From positions 1,952,001 through 2,016,000 of the forward strand of contig CAWDTA010000002.1 of NCBI GenBank assembly GCA_963805085.1: a DNA stretch of 64,000 nucleotides. The letters are read 5' to 3'. The position numbers were made by a program, and so were the translations under genes. Positions 20,052 through 30,344 of the stretch are shown here, in pieces. This DNA is from an uncultured Veillonellaceae bacterium (GTDB lineage: Bacteria > Bacillota > Negativicutes > JARBTT01). The notes under the pieces are model-generated. The model was given only the letters and a program-made list of their open reading frames with translations, searched no databases and was not told the DNA's origin. Each line of letters starts with the position of its first letter. Within the stretch, counting starts at the first letter, position 1.

Positions 20052-21933
20052 CAGCGAAATGAGACCGCAATACAATTTCTCGGTTGGATTGGCAAGCATC
20101 AAAAGTGTTTTGCGACAAAGAGGATATGAGATAATGGCTCTAAATTTAAACCATATTTCGCAAGAAAGAGAAGTTTTAACGAGTTATATATTAGAAAACA
20201 AAGTGGATGTGGTTATGACTGGCGGTTTGACAGCTCATTACAATATTATTAAGGATATATTTAAAGTTGCAAAGTCTGTAAATAAAAAAATCATTACAAT
20301 TGGCGGCGGTGGTGGTTTTACGTCGGAGCCGATTCTTTTTGCAGAAATGGCCGAGGTGGATTATGCGTGTTTAGGAGAAGGGGAAGTCACAGTTTGTGAA
20401 TTGGTGGATGCAATCATACATAAAAAAGATATTTCTACGATTCAAGGGATTGTATATAAAAATGAGTATGGTCAATATATACAAAATCAGGATAGACCGG
20501 TTATAGAGGATATAAATGCGTTGCCTTTCCCAGATTATGAAGGTTTTGATATGGATAAATATTTAGAAGAGCAGACACCTTACGATTATTATTTCACTTA
20601 TATCCATGATGAACCGAGAATGTTTCCTATTTTTATGGGAAGGTCTTGTCCTTATCAATGTAATTTTTGCTTTCATCCGTTAGGAAATAAGTATAGACAA
20701 AGATCACTTGAAAATTTTTTTGCAGAGTTGGATTCAATTTTAGCAAAATACCAAGTGAATTCTTTAGCTATTTTTGATGAACTATTCAGCTTAGAAGAAA
20801 AAAGAATTTTCGAGTTTTGTAAAAGAATAAAGGCGTATGGATTAAAATGGACCGTGCAAATGAGAGTTAATATCATTAACAAACAACTGCTAGAGATAAT
20901 GAGAGAGGCTGGCTGTTTTAACATTAGTTATGGGCTTGAAAGCATAAATGATAAAGTCTTAAAAAATATGAAAAAGAAGATAAAAAAAGAAGAAATTGAA
21001 CGAGCATTGGAATTGACCTATCAGTGTGGAATTGGAATTCAAGGGAATTTCATATTCGGTGATGAAGAAGAAGATATGGACACTTTTAGTGAAACACTGA
21101 ACTGGTGGAAAGAGCATCGGAAATATCAAATTAATTTAGCATTTATTGAAACTTATCCAGGAACACAATTATATAAAAACGCAGTAAAAAAAGGTCTAAT
21201 TGCAGATAGAAAGAAATTTATTGAAAAAAATTGCCCTGTTATTAATCTGACGAAGCAACCGGAATTTGTATTTCAAAAAATGCAGTCTATTGTAGCGTTA
21301 GCTGAATTCCATGATTATGAGGCTGTAGGCAAAGTAATAAACATTGAACAGAATTCTTTGAATCCTGATTTTGTTACTGCAGCTTTTAAATGTTATCATT
21401 GCAATGAAATTAGTACAATAAAACGTATTTCTGCTAAACGAATCTATTCCAATCATTTTAAAATATGTTGCCGACATTGCAACCAGAAAAGCGTTTATGA
21501 TACACGAGCTTATTTTAATATTAGAGATTCGGATTTTAAATATAAGATGTATTTTACTCTATTGCGGCAATGGATGACTTCTCAAAAATGGAATGAGGGA
21601 GTATTTGAAAATTATTTCAAGGCTAATGATATCACTACAGTGGCAATTTTCTTTGAGGAAGAGTTTGGTCCTATATTTTATGAAGAAATAGAAAAGATGG
21701 ATATTGAAATTTTGTTTATTATAGATCAAGAAGCTGATAATAGATATCGACCTATAGTGGAAAATATTCCAATTATTAAGCTTGATGGTCTCGAAAAAAG
21801 AGAAAAGGTTGATGTAGTTATTGTAACTGAAATATTTGATTTTAAGAAAAAGTGGCAAGAGCTAAATTCAGCTGGGTATAAAGGACGTATTGTTTCATTA
21901 GAAGACATCATATTTGGTATCGGTATGCAATAG
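20014..21933 (+). CDS. Cobalamin-dependent radical SAM protein
   Basis: B12-binding region (GGG..GEGE..LPFPDY), GRSCPYQCNFC, extra C-terminal CxxC pairs. Confidence 0.88.
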   Translation: MFVKILIVVPKLNSEMRPQYNFSVGLASIKSVLRQRGYEIMALNLNHISQEREVLTSYILENKVDVVMTGGLTAHYNIIKDIFKVAKSVNKKIITIGGGGGFTSEPILFAEMAEVDYACLGEGEVTVCELVDAIIHKKDISTIQGIVYKNEYGQYIQNQDRPVIEDINALPFPDYEGFDMDKYLEEQTPYDYYFTYIHDEPRMFPIFMGRSCPYQCNFCFHPLGNKYRQRSLENFFAELDSILAKYQVNSLAIFDELFSLEEKRIFEFCKRIKAYGLKWTVQMRVNIINKQLLEIMREAGCFNISYGLESINDKVLKNMKKKIKKEEIERALELTYQCGIGIQGNFIFGDEEEDMDTFSETLNWWKEHRKYQINLAFIETYPGTQLYKNAVKKGLIADRKKFIEKNCPVINLTKQPEFVFQKMQSIVALAEFHDYEAVGKVINIEQNSLNPDFVTAAFKCYHCNEISTIKRISAKRIYSNHFKICCRHCNQKSVYDTRAYFNIRDSDFKYKMYFTLLRQWMTSQKWNEGVFENYFKANDITTVAIFFEEEFGPIFYEEIEKMDIEILFIIDQEADNRYRPIVENIPIIKLDGLEKREKVDVVIVTEIFDFKKKWQELNSAGYKGRIVSLEDIIFGIGMQ

Positions 21934-22032
21934 ATTTTGATAAGTTTGGAAATATGGATTAGAAATTGATAATAAAAGTAAGAAATCAAGATTTTTAGTT
22001 AAGAATAATGCAAAGTAATTTTTAGGGGGGAA

Positions 22033-23019
22033 ATGATGAAATCTTTGGTAACAGGTGGATGTGGGTTTATTGGATCGCATATGGTGGATAGGTTGTTAAA
22101 AGAAGGTCATGAGGTTATTGTAATTGACAATTGTAGTACGGGGAGACTGGGACATTTATCACATCATAAGGAAAATAGAAATTTGACCATTATACAAGCT
22201 GATATTTGTGATTATAAGCAAATTGAGCCTGTTTTTGAGAATGTTGATTGGGTATTTCATATGGCAGCTTTGGCAGATATTGTGCCATCTATTCAGAATC
22301 CTGCAACATATTTTCATGCGAACGTTGATGGTACTTTTTCTGTATTACAGGCAGCAAAAGCTAGTAATGTAAAAAGATTTATGTATACCGCATCCTCTTC
22401 TTGTTATGGAATTCCAGAAGCTTATCCAACCAAAGAAGATGCTGCTATTAGACCTGAATATCCGTATGCACTGACAAAACGTATGGGCGAAGAATTGGCA
22501 TTACATTGGGCGCAAGTATATAAATTGCCTGTGGTATCGTTGCGATTGTTTAATGTATATGGTACACGATCAAGAACTTCTGGAACATATGGTGCAGTAC
22601 TTGGTGTCTTTTTAGGACAAAAATTAGCCGGTAAACCATATACAATTGTTGGAGATGGCAAACAGACCCGTGACTTTACTTACGTTACAGATATTGTAGA
22701 TGCATTTTTCACAGTGGCTAAGTCAGATGTGGCAAATGAAGTATTTAATATTGGTAGTAATCACACATATTCGATAAATCGTCTTGTTGAACTTTTAGAA
22801 GGGGAGAAGGTGTATATCCCAAAACGCCCAGGAGAGCCAGATTGCACATTTGCCGACACAAGTAAGGTTAAAAATATGTTAAACTGGACACCAAAAATAA
22901 CGTTAGAGGAAGGCGTAAAAAATATTTTAGTGAACATAGAGTATTGGCGAAAAGCACCTGTGTGGACACCAGAAACAATTCAAGAAGCAACAGTAGATTG
23001 GTTTAAGTTTTTAGGATAA
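22033..23019 (+). CDS. NAD-dependent NDP-sugar epimerase/dehydratase
   Basis: TGGCGFIGSH, ASSSCYG, YALTK. Confidence 0.88.
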   Translation: MMKSLVTGGCGFIGSHMVDRLLKEGHEVIVIDNCSTGRLGHLSHHKENRNLTIIQADICDYKQIEPVFENVDWVFHMAALADIVPSIQNPATYFHANVDGTFSVLQAAKASNVKRFMYTASSSCYGIPEAYPTKEDAAIRPEYPYALTKRMGEELALHWAQVYKLPVVSLRLFNVYGTRSRTSGTYGAVLGVFLGQKLAGKPYTIVGDGKQTRDFTYVTDIVDAFFTVAKSDVANEVFNIGSNHTYSINRLVELLEGEKVYIPKRPGEPDCTFADTSKVKNMLNWTPKITLEEGVKNILVNIEYWRKAPVWTPETIQEATVDWFKFLG

Positions 23020-23033
23020 TAAGGCGGTATGTT

Positions 23034-24581
23034 ATGAAAAATGAAAAAATTATATTAAAAGAAAAATTTTTTTCATTAAGAAAAGAAATGCATGAAAAAA
23101 AGCAACGAGTAGTGCTTTGTCATGGGGTATATGATTTACTGCATTATGGACATATTGAGCATTTGAAAGAAGCTAAATCGAAAGGCGATATATTGGTTGT
23201 CTCTGTAACTGCTGGGCGTTTTGTGAATAAAGGACCAGGACGACCGTATTTTAGTGATCAGCAGAGAATGGAGTTTTTGGCGAGCTTAGAACTTGTTGAT
23301 TACGTCTTACTTAGTGAAGATATAACCGTACATGAAATTGTACGATTCGTTCGACCGGATATTTATGTAAAAGGGCAAGAGTATGAAAATGCACAGAATG
23401 ATATTACTGGAAATATTGATAGTGAACAGGCTGTAGTAGAAGAATATGGCGGAAAAATCTATTTTACTAAAGGAAAAGTATTTAGTTCTACTAAGCTATT
23501 AAATAATTATTTTAATGCTTTACCAGATGGAGTAGAGGCTGTCTCACAGCAATTAAAAGATAAATATGGAAATAACATTAGTGAGAAAATGCGAGGAGAT
23601 ATTGAGAAGTTTAAAAATTTAAAAGTATTGGTTGTTGGTGATGTCATTATTGATGATTATGTTTTTTGTAAAGTGCAAGGTTTGACAGGGAAAGACGGGA
23701 TTCTATCTACTCGTTACGATTTTGAGGAACGCTATGCTGGAGGATCGTTGGCAATAGCAAAGCATATTGCCAATTTTTCTGACAACGTAGGTTTATGCTC
23801 TATGATAGGAATGGAGCATGAATTTTATCCGTACATAGAAAATGCATTGCAAAAAATTTCGCTTGAGATAGTCAAAGAAGCGGGCTTTATTACACCGGTA
23901 AAACGACGATTCTTAAAATTACATCCTCAAAGACAGGAATATGATAAACTTTTTTCAATTAATATGTTATTGAATGATAAGCAAGTTAATCAAGTGAATT
24001 ATGATCATTTTTATAAAAAATTAGAGAATATCATTGAGGATTATGATCTTGTTGTGGTTTGTGATTATGGGCATGGTTTGATAACGAAAGAAGCGATAGG
24101 TATATTGGAAAGTAAAGCAAAATTTTTGGCAATTAATTGTCAAACTAATTCTGCAAATTATGGTATGAATCTTATTACGAAATACAAACGGGCAGACATG
24201 TTTGTTGTAGATGAAAGAGAATTAAGATTAGCTTTTCAACAATCTTTAACGGAGCGGGACGTATTATTAAAAAAATTAGTACAACATTTTGAATCTTTCT
24301 ATGGAGGGTGGGTAACAGTCGGAGCGGAGGGTGCTATTGGATATAAAGAGAGTGAACAGCTGAAAATTCCGGCAGTTACGTTACATGTAAAAGATACGGT
24401 TGGAGCAGGAGATGCTTTTTACGCATTGGCAGCTTTATGTGCAGTAAATAATTTTCCAATAGATATTGCAACCTTAATAAGTAATACAGCTGGAGCAATT
24501 AAGACAAATTTAGTAGGAAATTCAAAATCTGTTGAAAAAGTAGATTTATTGAAATTTTTAAGTACGATATTAAATGTATAG
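23034..24581 (+). CDS. Bifunctional nucleotidyltransferase / PfkB kinase (HldE-like, reversed domain order)
   Basis: N-terminal HGVYDLLHYGH..KGPGRP; C-terminal VGDVIIDDY..DYGHG..DTVGAGDAF. Confidence 0.85.
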   Translation: MKNEKIILKEKFFSLRKEMHEKKQRVVLCHGVYDLLHYGHIEHLKEAKSKGDILVVSVTAGRFVNKGPGRPYFSDQQRMEFLASLELVDYVLLSEDITVHEIVRFVRPDIYVKGQEYENAQNDITGNIDSEQAVVEEYGGKIYFTKGKVFSSTKLLNNYFNALPDGVEAVSQQLKDKYGNNISEKMRGDIEKFKNLKVLVVGDVIIDDYVFCKVQGLTGKDGILSTRYDFEERYAGGSLAIAKHIANFSDNVGLCSMIGMEHEFYPYIENALQKISLEIVKEAGFITPVKRRFLKLHPQRQEYDKLFSINMLLNDKQVNQVNYDHFYKKLENIIEDYDLVVVCDYGHGLITKEAIGILESKAKFLAINCQTNSANYGMNLITKYKRADMFVVDERELRLAFQQSLTERDVLLKKLVQHFESFYGGWVTVGAEGAIGYKESEQLKIPAVTLHVKDTVGAGDAFYALAALCAVNNFPIDIATLISNTAGAIKTNLVGNSKSVEKVDLLKFLSTILNV

Positions 24582-24596
24582 AGAGGGAACCATTAC

Positions 24597-25715
24597 ATGA
24601 TTAGAATTGGAAATCTTTCTCAAGAAATCGAAAAAGGAATTTTTCAAAGTAAAAAAATAATTGTTTTAGGTGCTGGAAAAGATGGCAAGGAAGCTTGTAA
24701 AAATTTAGTACAACATGGAATTGAAGTAAAATGTTTTGTAGATGAAGATGAGAAAAAATGGGGAAGAGAGTATTTAAAAGTTGGTGTGGAGTCTCCTCAT
24801 AAAATGTCTTTATTAGAAAAGCAAGAATATTGTTTTTTATTGTGTATAGGAGTAATAAGTTTTTTAGATGATAAAAAAATCATACAAAATGCGTTTGTTA
24901 AAAAAATGGAATTGGAAGATGCATCTAATTTAATAATTTTAGATCGCAGTCAATCAATTCATTCCACATTTATGAGATGCTTAAAAAAAGATGGTGTTTT
25001 GACAGATGAAGAAGTATTGGATTTAAATGGAATAAAAATACCTAATTTTCTTACTGGTTTCAATGAAAAAATAATGAAGGTGTTTTTAACAGAATGTTGT
25101 GATTTAATATTGCCATATATTTTTAATGAATATTCTGAAGTGGATGAGGGGCCATATGAGGAAGGTAATTTTCAAGTAGAATCAGGAGACATCGTTTTTG
25201 ATTGTGGAGCAAATTTAGGATTGTTTTCAGCAATTGTTGCCAATAGAGCTAGTAAGGTGTTTGCTTTTGAGCCAATACCGAACTCTATTGCATTATTAAA
25301 GCAAACACAACGACTATATAAAAATATTAATATTTGTAATGTAGCTGTTTCTGATACGATAGGAAAAGTACAGATGGTGAGTGAAGAAAGCTTAGGGCAA
25401 AATAGAATTGTTAGATCTACATTAGATTTGTCTGCGAATTTGATAGATGTGGCAAGCACAACCATTGATGATTTTGTAAGAGAAAATAATATTGAACGGG
25501 TAGATTTTATAAAAGCTGATATAGAAGGAGCTGAGAGAAAACTATTAAAAGGAGCCAAAAAAGTTTTGAAAGAATTTGCACCTAGATTAGTATTGTGTAC
25601 ATATCATTTAGACGATGATCCAATTGTTTTAGAAAAATTGATAAAGGAAGCAAATTCTAACTATATTGTTGAGCATAAATATAAGAAATTATATGCGTAC
25701 GTAAAGTCTTTATAA
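24597..25715 (+). CDS. FkbM family methyltransferase
   Basis: VFDCGANLG, AFEP, TIDDFV, FIKADIEGAE. Confidence 0.88.
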   Translation: MIRIGNLSQEIEKGIFQSKKIIVLGAGKDGKEACKNLVQHGIEVKCFVDEDEKKWGREYLKVGVESPHKMSLLEKQEYCFLLCIGVISFLDDKKIIQNAFVKKMELEDASNLIILDRSQSIHSTFMRCLKKDGVLTDEEVLDLNGIKIPNFLTGFNEKIMKVFLTECCDLILPYIFNEYSEVDEGPYEEGNFQVESGDIVFDCGANLGLFSAIVANRASKVFAFEPIPNSIALLKQTQRLYKNINICNVAVSDTIGKVQMVSEESLGQNRIVRSTLDLSANLIDVASTTIDDFVRENNIERVDFIKADIEGAERKLLKGAKKVLKEFAPRLVLCTYHLDDDPIVLEKLIKEANSNYIVEHKYKKLYAYVKSL

Positions 25716-25737
25716 AATGCTTATAGAGGAGAAAGCT

Positions 25738-26799
25738 ATGGCAGATGAAATTAGAATGGATTCACATAAACTAATCTTTCATCCAGATAGAGTAAGTCGA
25801 TGGCAGAAGGATGAATTGATTTATCCAATAGAGATGGAGATTGGTCTTAGTGGGGCGTGTAACCATCGGTGCATTTTTTGCGCAGTAGATTATATGGAAT
25901 ATCAGCCGCAAATTTTAAATTCAGATGTATTGCTAAAAAATTTAAAAGATTTAGGTCAAAAAGGATTAAAGAGTATTATTTATGCAGGTGAAGGAGAACC
26001 ATTATTAAACATAAATGCTGGCTTGATTTTTAATAAAACAAAAGAATATGGAATTGATGTTGCAGTTTCAACCAATGGGGTTTTGCTTACAAAAGAATTA
26101 TCCGAGTACTGTTTGGATGCGTTATCGTGGATTCGTTTTAGTGTAGCTGGCGCTACTGATGCGACTTATGAAAAAATTCATCAATCTAAATCAGGTGATT
26201 TACAGAAGGTATTAAGAAATTTAGAAGCAGCTGTAAAAATAAAAAAAGATAAAAATTTACAAATAACATTAGGCGTACAATTATTATTATTGCCAGAAAA
26301 TAAGCATGAAGTCGTTTCTTTAGCAAAAATTATGCGAGAAATTGGTGTAGACTATTTTACGGTAAAACCATTTTCGCAACATCCACAAAGTAAGGCAAAA
26401 TTACAAGTGGATTATTCGGAAAGTGCAGAAATCGGCAATGAATTAAGTAATTATCAAACAGAAAATTTCAAAATTTATTTTCGATCGAAGTCTATTGAAA
26501 ATTTAGTATGTGAGAAGCCATATGATAAATGTCGTGGATTGCATTTTATGACGTACATGGATGCCACAGGGAATGTTTTTCCGTGTATTGTATTTATGGG
26601 AAAAGAAGAATTTATTTATGGAAATATAAACAAACAAGATTTTGTTGAGTTTTGGGAAAATGATCGAGCGAAAAGAATAAGAAATATATTTGATGAAGGC
26701 TTTATAAAGAAAAATTGTCGAAAAACTTGTCGATTGGATGAGATAAATAAATATTTACATGAACTAGAACATCCAAGTAGTCATGTTAATTTTATATGA
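25738..26799 (+). CDS. Radical SAM protein with twitch/SPASM domain
   Basis: CNHRCIFC, GEGEP, C-terminal C..GNVFPC..CRKTC. Confidence 0.9.
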   Translation: MADEIRMDSHKLIFHPDRVSRWQKDELIYPIEMEIGLSGACNHRCIFCAVDYMEYQPQILNSDVLLKNLKDLGQKGLKSIIYAGEGEPLLNINAGLIFNKTKEYGIDVAVSTNGVLLTKELSEYCLDALSWIRFSVAGATDATYEKIHQSKSGDLQKVLRNLEAAVKIKKDKNLQITLGVQLLLLPENKHEVVSLAKIMREIGVDYFTVKPFSQHPQSKAKLQVDYSESAEIGNELSNYQTENFKIYFRSKSIENLVCEKPYDKCRGLHFMTYMDATGNVFPCIVFMGKEEFIYGNINKQDFVEFWENDRAKRIRNIFDEGFIKKNCRKTCRLDEINKYLHELEHPSSHVNFI

Positions 26800-26814
26800 A
26801 AAGGAGCTTATGCT

Positions 26815-27930
26815 ATGAAAAATAATTTGTTATTAGATGAAAGTAAAATTTTACACCATAAAGATAGAGTTGAAGCTTGGTTAGCTGGAGAACGCATAGC
26901 TCCAATTACAATTGATTGTGCACTAACAACAAAATGTAGTTATCGCTGTGTATATTGCTATGGGAAAATGCAAGTGATAAATCAATACCCTAATTTAGAT
27001 AAAAAGGTTATTTTTGATTTTTTAGACGATGCTGCTGAAATTGGAGTAAAGGCAATAAGTTTTGTTAGTGATGGAGAAAGTACTTGTAATCCGCATTTAA
27101 AAGATGCCATTGTTCGTGGAAAAAACAATGGCTTAGATATGGCGTTAGGAACGAATGGCTATTTATTAAAAGATGATGAACTAGAAGAAATTTTACCTTG
27201 TTTGACTTATTTAAGATTTAATATTTCAGCAGGTGAAAGAGAGCGATATGCTTATATACATGGTTGCAAGTTAGAAGCCTATGATAAAGTAATTGATACA
27301 ATTAGAAAAGCTGTTTTGATAAAAAGAGAAAAAGGATTATCAGCAACTATCGGTATGCAAATGGTTTTGATGCCAGAATTTAAAGATCAAATTCTTCCTT
27401 TGACAAAGTTAGGTCAAGAATTGGGTGTCGATTATTTAGTTATAAAACATTGTAGTGATGATGAAAATCATACGCTAGGTGTAGATTACAGTAAATATGA
27501 AAATTTAGTGGAATTGTTAAAAGAAGCCGAAGGATATAGTTCGGATACATATCAAGTATCTGTAAAGTGGTCGAAGGTTTTGAGTGGTGGGAAGAAATGC
27601 TATACTAAGTGTTTTGGAGCACCTTTTATATTGCAATTGTCTGGTTCAGGATTGGTTGCTCCTTGTGGCATGTTATTTAATGAGAAATATAAAGAATTTC
27701 ATATTGGTAATATAAAAGAAGCTAGATTTAAAAAAATTTGGAAAAGTGAACGATATTGGGAAGTTATGAATAAAATTTCTTCAGCTCCTTTTAATCCGCA
27801 AACTGATTGTGGATCTTTATGTTTACAACATAAGACAAATGAAATGCTATGGAAGGTTAAAAATGAGGAAATTGATTTAGATTCACAAGCGATGCCTCAA
27901 AAAGCTGTACAACATGTTAATTTTATATAA
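26815..27930 (+). CDS. Radical SAM protein with twitch/SPASM domain, paralog of the upstream gene
   Basis: CSYRCVYC, C..GLVAPC..CGSLC. Shares the terminal HVNFI with the upstream gene. Confidence 0.9.
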   Translation: MKNNLLLDESKILHHKDRVEAWLAGERIAPITIDCALTTKCSYRCVYCYGKMQVINQYPNLDKKVIFDFLDDAAEIGVKAISFVSDGESTCNPHLKDAIVRGKNNGLDMALGTNGYLLKDDELEEILPCLTYLRFNISAGERERYAYIHGCKLEAYDKVIDTIRKAVLIKREKGLSATIGMQMVLMPEFKDQILPLTKLGQELGVDYLVIKHCSDDENHTLGVDYSKYENLVELLKEAEGYSSDTYQVSVKWSKVLSGGKKCYTKCFGAPFILQLSGSGLVAPCGMLFNEKYKEFHIGNIKEARFKKIWKSERYWEVMNKISSAPFNPQTDCGSLCLQHKTNEMLWKVKNEEIDLDSQAMPQKAVQHVNFI

Positions 27931-27936
27931 GGACAG

Positions 27937-28770
27937 GTGAGCTTTAAAATGGAAAAGTTACAGCAACTGGCGAAAGATATTCGTAAACAAATTTTTAAAG
28001 CGGCTTACGGCGCACAAACGGGGCATATTGCCCCATCCTTGTCTGTGGTAGAGATCTTAACATCGTTGTATTTTGATGGAATTTTGAAATATGATGCTAA
28101 AAATCCCGCCTGGAAAGAACGAGATTTTTTTGTGATGAGCAAAGGTCATGCTTCTTTAGCTCTTTATGCGGTACTTGCTGAAGCTGGCTTTTTTTCGGTA
28201 GAAGAATTAAAGCGATTTTGCCATGGAGTTACACCTTTTGGCGGAATCTTAAAAAGAAAGGTCGCTTACGGAATTGAGGCAAGTACAGGATCTTTGGGGC
28301 AGGGAATTTGTTTCGCAACGGGGGTTGCGTTAGGAATGAAGTTAGATGAGAAAAAAAGTCGAGTTTTTACTGTTATAGGTGATGGAGAATGCCAAGAGGG
28401 AACTACATGGGAGGCAGCGATGAATGCTGCACATCATGGTTTGGATAACTTTACTGTTATTATTGATCATAATCGATTGCAAGGGATGGATAAAACTGAA
28501 AATATTGTCCGAGAATTTGATTTGGCAAGCAAATGGAAAAGTTTTGGCTTTGATACTATAGAAGTTGATGGTCATGACATGAATGCGTTGAAAGCTGCTT
28601 TCCACAAAAAAGTTAAAGGGAAACCGAAGGCAATTGTTGCAAATACCGTTAAAGGGAAAGGCATTTCTTTTATGGAAGGTATTCCTATTTGGCATTATCG
28701 TATGACTAATAAAGAAGAAACAAAAATTGCTTTACAAGAATTGGATATGACTGAAGAGGAGCTGAATTAA
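27937..28770 (+). CDS. Split transketolase, N-terminal TPP-binding subunit
   Basis: GHIAPS, SKGHAS, STGSLGQG, GDGECQEG, TVKGKG. Confidence 0.9.
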   Translation: MSFKMEKLQQLAKDIRKQIFKAAYGAQTGHIAPSLSVVEILTSLYFDGILKYDAKNPAWKERDFFVMSKGHASLALYAVLAEAGFFSVEELKRFCHGVTPFGGILKRKVAYGIEASTGSLGQGICFATGVALGMKLDEKKSRVFTVIGDGECQEGTTWEAAMNAAHHGLDNFTVIIDHNRLQGMDKTENIVREFDLASKWKSFGFDTIEVDGHDMNALKAAFHKKVKGKPKAIVANTVKGKGISFMEGIPIWHYRMTNKEETKIALQELDMTEEELN

Positions 28771-28771
28771 T

Positions 28772-29692
28772 ATGAGAAATACATATTTAAGAGAGCTATA
28801 TCAATTGGCAGAAAAAGATAAAAATGTTTTGGCTTTATTAGCAGATAATGGAGTAATTGTTTTTGATAAATATATTGAAAAATTTCCGAAACAATATTTG
28901 AATTATGGAATCTCTGAATGTGAAATGATTGGCGCCGCCGCGGGGCTTGCTGCTTATGGAAAAATACCTTTTGTGTATACAATGTCTACTTTTTTGGTTT
29001 ATAGAGGATTTGAATTTATTCGGGATATGGTATGTTTACAGAATTTGAATGTGAAAATCATAGGCACAGGGGCTGGAGTCACTTATGGTGGACTTGGACC
29101 GACCCATCACCCGACGGAAGAAATGGCAGTGCTTCGTGCATTACCTAATTTGACAATCTTTTCACCAGCTTCTCCGCTGGATGTAAAAAATGCAATCAAG
29201 GCTGCTTATGAGATGAATGGGCCTGTTTATATTCGTTTAGCGCATAATAATGAGCCGGAAATTTATGGGGAATCATGTAACTTTACTGCTGGCAGAGGCA
29301 GTGTTTTGAAGGAAGGACATGATATTACACTAATTGGTACAGGTAGCATCTTATATGATGTAATGGAAGCCGCAGGGCAGTTAGAAAAAGAGAATATATC
29401 AGCTCGTGTGATTAATATCCATACAATTAAACCATTTGATAAGGATATTGTGATTAAAGCGGCACAAGAAACAAAAGCAATTGTCACAGTGGAAGAACAT
29501 ACTGTTATTGGTGGATTAGGTAGTGCAGTAGCAGAGGTTATTGCTGAGGCGAACTTGGCTGTAACGTTTAAGAGATTTGGTTTGCCAGATCAATTTGCTA
29601 AAGGATATGGAACACATGCTGAGGTAAAAAAGATTAATGGATTAGACAAGGATAATATTATTGCAGTTGTAAAAGCAATTTTAATGAATTGA
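28772..29692 (+). CDS. Split transketolase, C-terminal subunit
   Basis: GISECEMIGAAAGLA, GPTHH, GPVYIRL, EEH..IGGLG. Confidence 0.9.
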   Translation: MRNTYLRELYQLAEKDKNVLALLADNGVIVFDKYIEKFPKQYLNYGISECEMIGAAAGLAAYGKIPFVYTMSTFLVYRGFEFIRDMVCLQNLNVKIIGTGAGVTYGGLGPTHHPTEEMAVLRALPNLTIFSPASPLDVKNAIKAAYEMNGPVYIRLAHNNEPEIYGESCNFTAGRGSVLKEGHDITLIGTGSILYDVMEAAGQLEKENISARVINIHTIKPFDKDIVIKAAQETKAIVTVEEHTVIGGLGSAVAEVIAEANLAVTFKRFGLPDQFAKGYGTHAEVKKINGLDKDNIIAVVKAILMN

Positions 29693-29707
29693 ATAAAAAA
29701 GAAAAAG

Positions 29708-30301
29708 GTGATTTCAAGCATGTATCATAATTATCTGGATACTTTGTTTAAGTCTTTAAAAAAAACTGAGTTTTATTTTAAGGAACATTCTTTTTCCTTG
29801 GAAGATAGAGAAAAAGCCTTTGAAGTTTTAGTCAAATCTTTTTCTGATGCAAAAAAAACGCAAAAACAGATTTTTTTTATTGGTAATGGTGGTAGTGCAG
29901 CTATTGCGAGTCATATGACTGCAGATTTTATGAAAAATGGTGGCATGCGGACATATAGTTTATATGATAATGCGATGACAACCTGTATGGGAAATGATTA
30001 TGGCTATGAATATGTTTTTTCAAAGCCTTTAAGTTTTCTAGGCAATCAGGAAGATTTATTGGTAGCAATCAGCAGTTCTGGAAATTCAAAAAATATAGTA
30101 AATGCGATTGAAATTGCTAAGAAAAAAGAGATGAAAGTGATTACTTTTACTGGGTTTAAATGCGATAATCAGGTGAAGAATTTGGGCGATTATAATGTGT
30201 ATGTCCCGATTTGTCATTATGGTATCGCCGAATCCATACACAATTTATTGCTACAGCAGGTTGTGGATACTATTTTAGAGCGTGATGGTATGCAATTGTA
30301 A
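29708..30301 (+). CDS. gmhA: SIS-domain phosphosugar isomerase (GmhA-like)
   Basis: GNGGSAAIASH, NDYGY, ISSSGNS.N, ESIH. Confidence 0.8.
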   Translation: MISSMYHNYLDTLFKSLKKTEFYFKEHSFSLEDREKAFEVLVKSFSDAKKTQKQIFFIGNGGSAAIASHMTADFMKNGGMRTYSLYDNAMTTCMGNDYGYEYVFSKPLSFLGNQEDLLVAISSSGNSKNIVNAIEIAKKKEMKVITFTGFKCDNQVKNLGDYNVYVPICHYGIAESIHNLLLQQVVDTILERDGMQL

Positions 30302-30344
30302 GGGTTTCAGATAAAATTAGAAAACGAAAATAATTACGATATAA

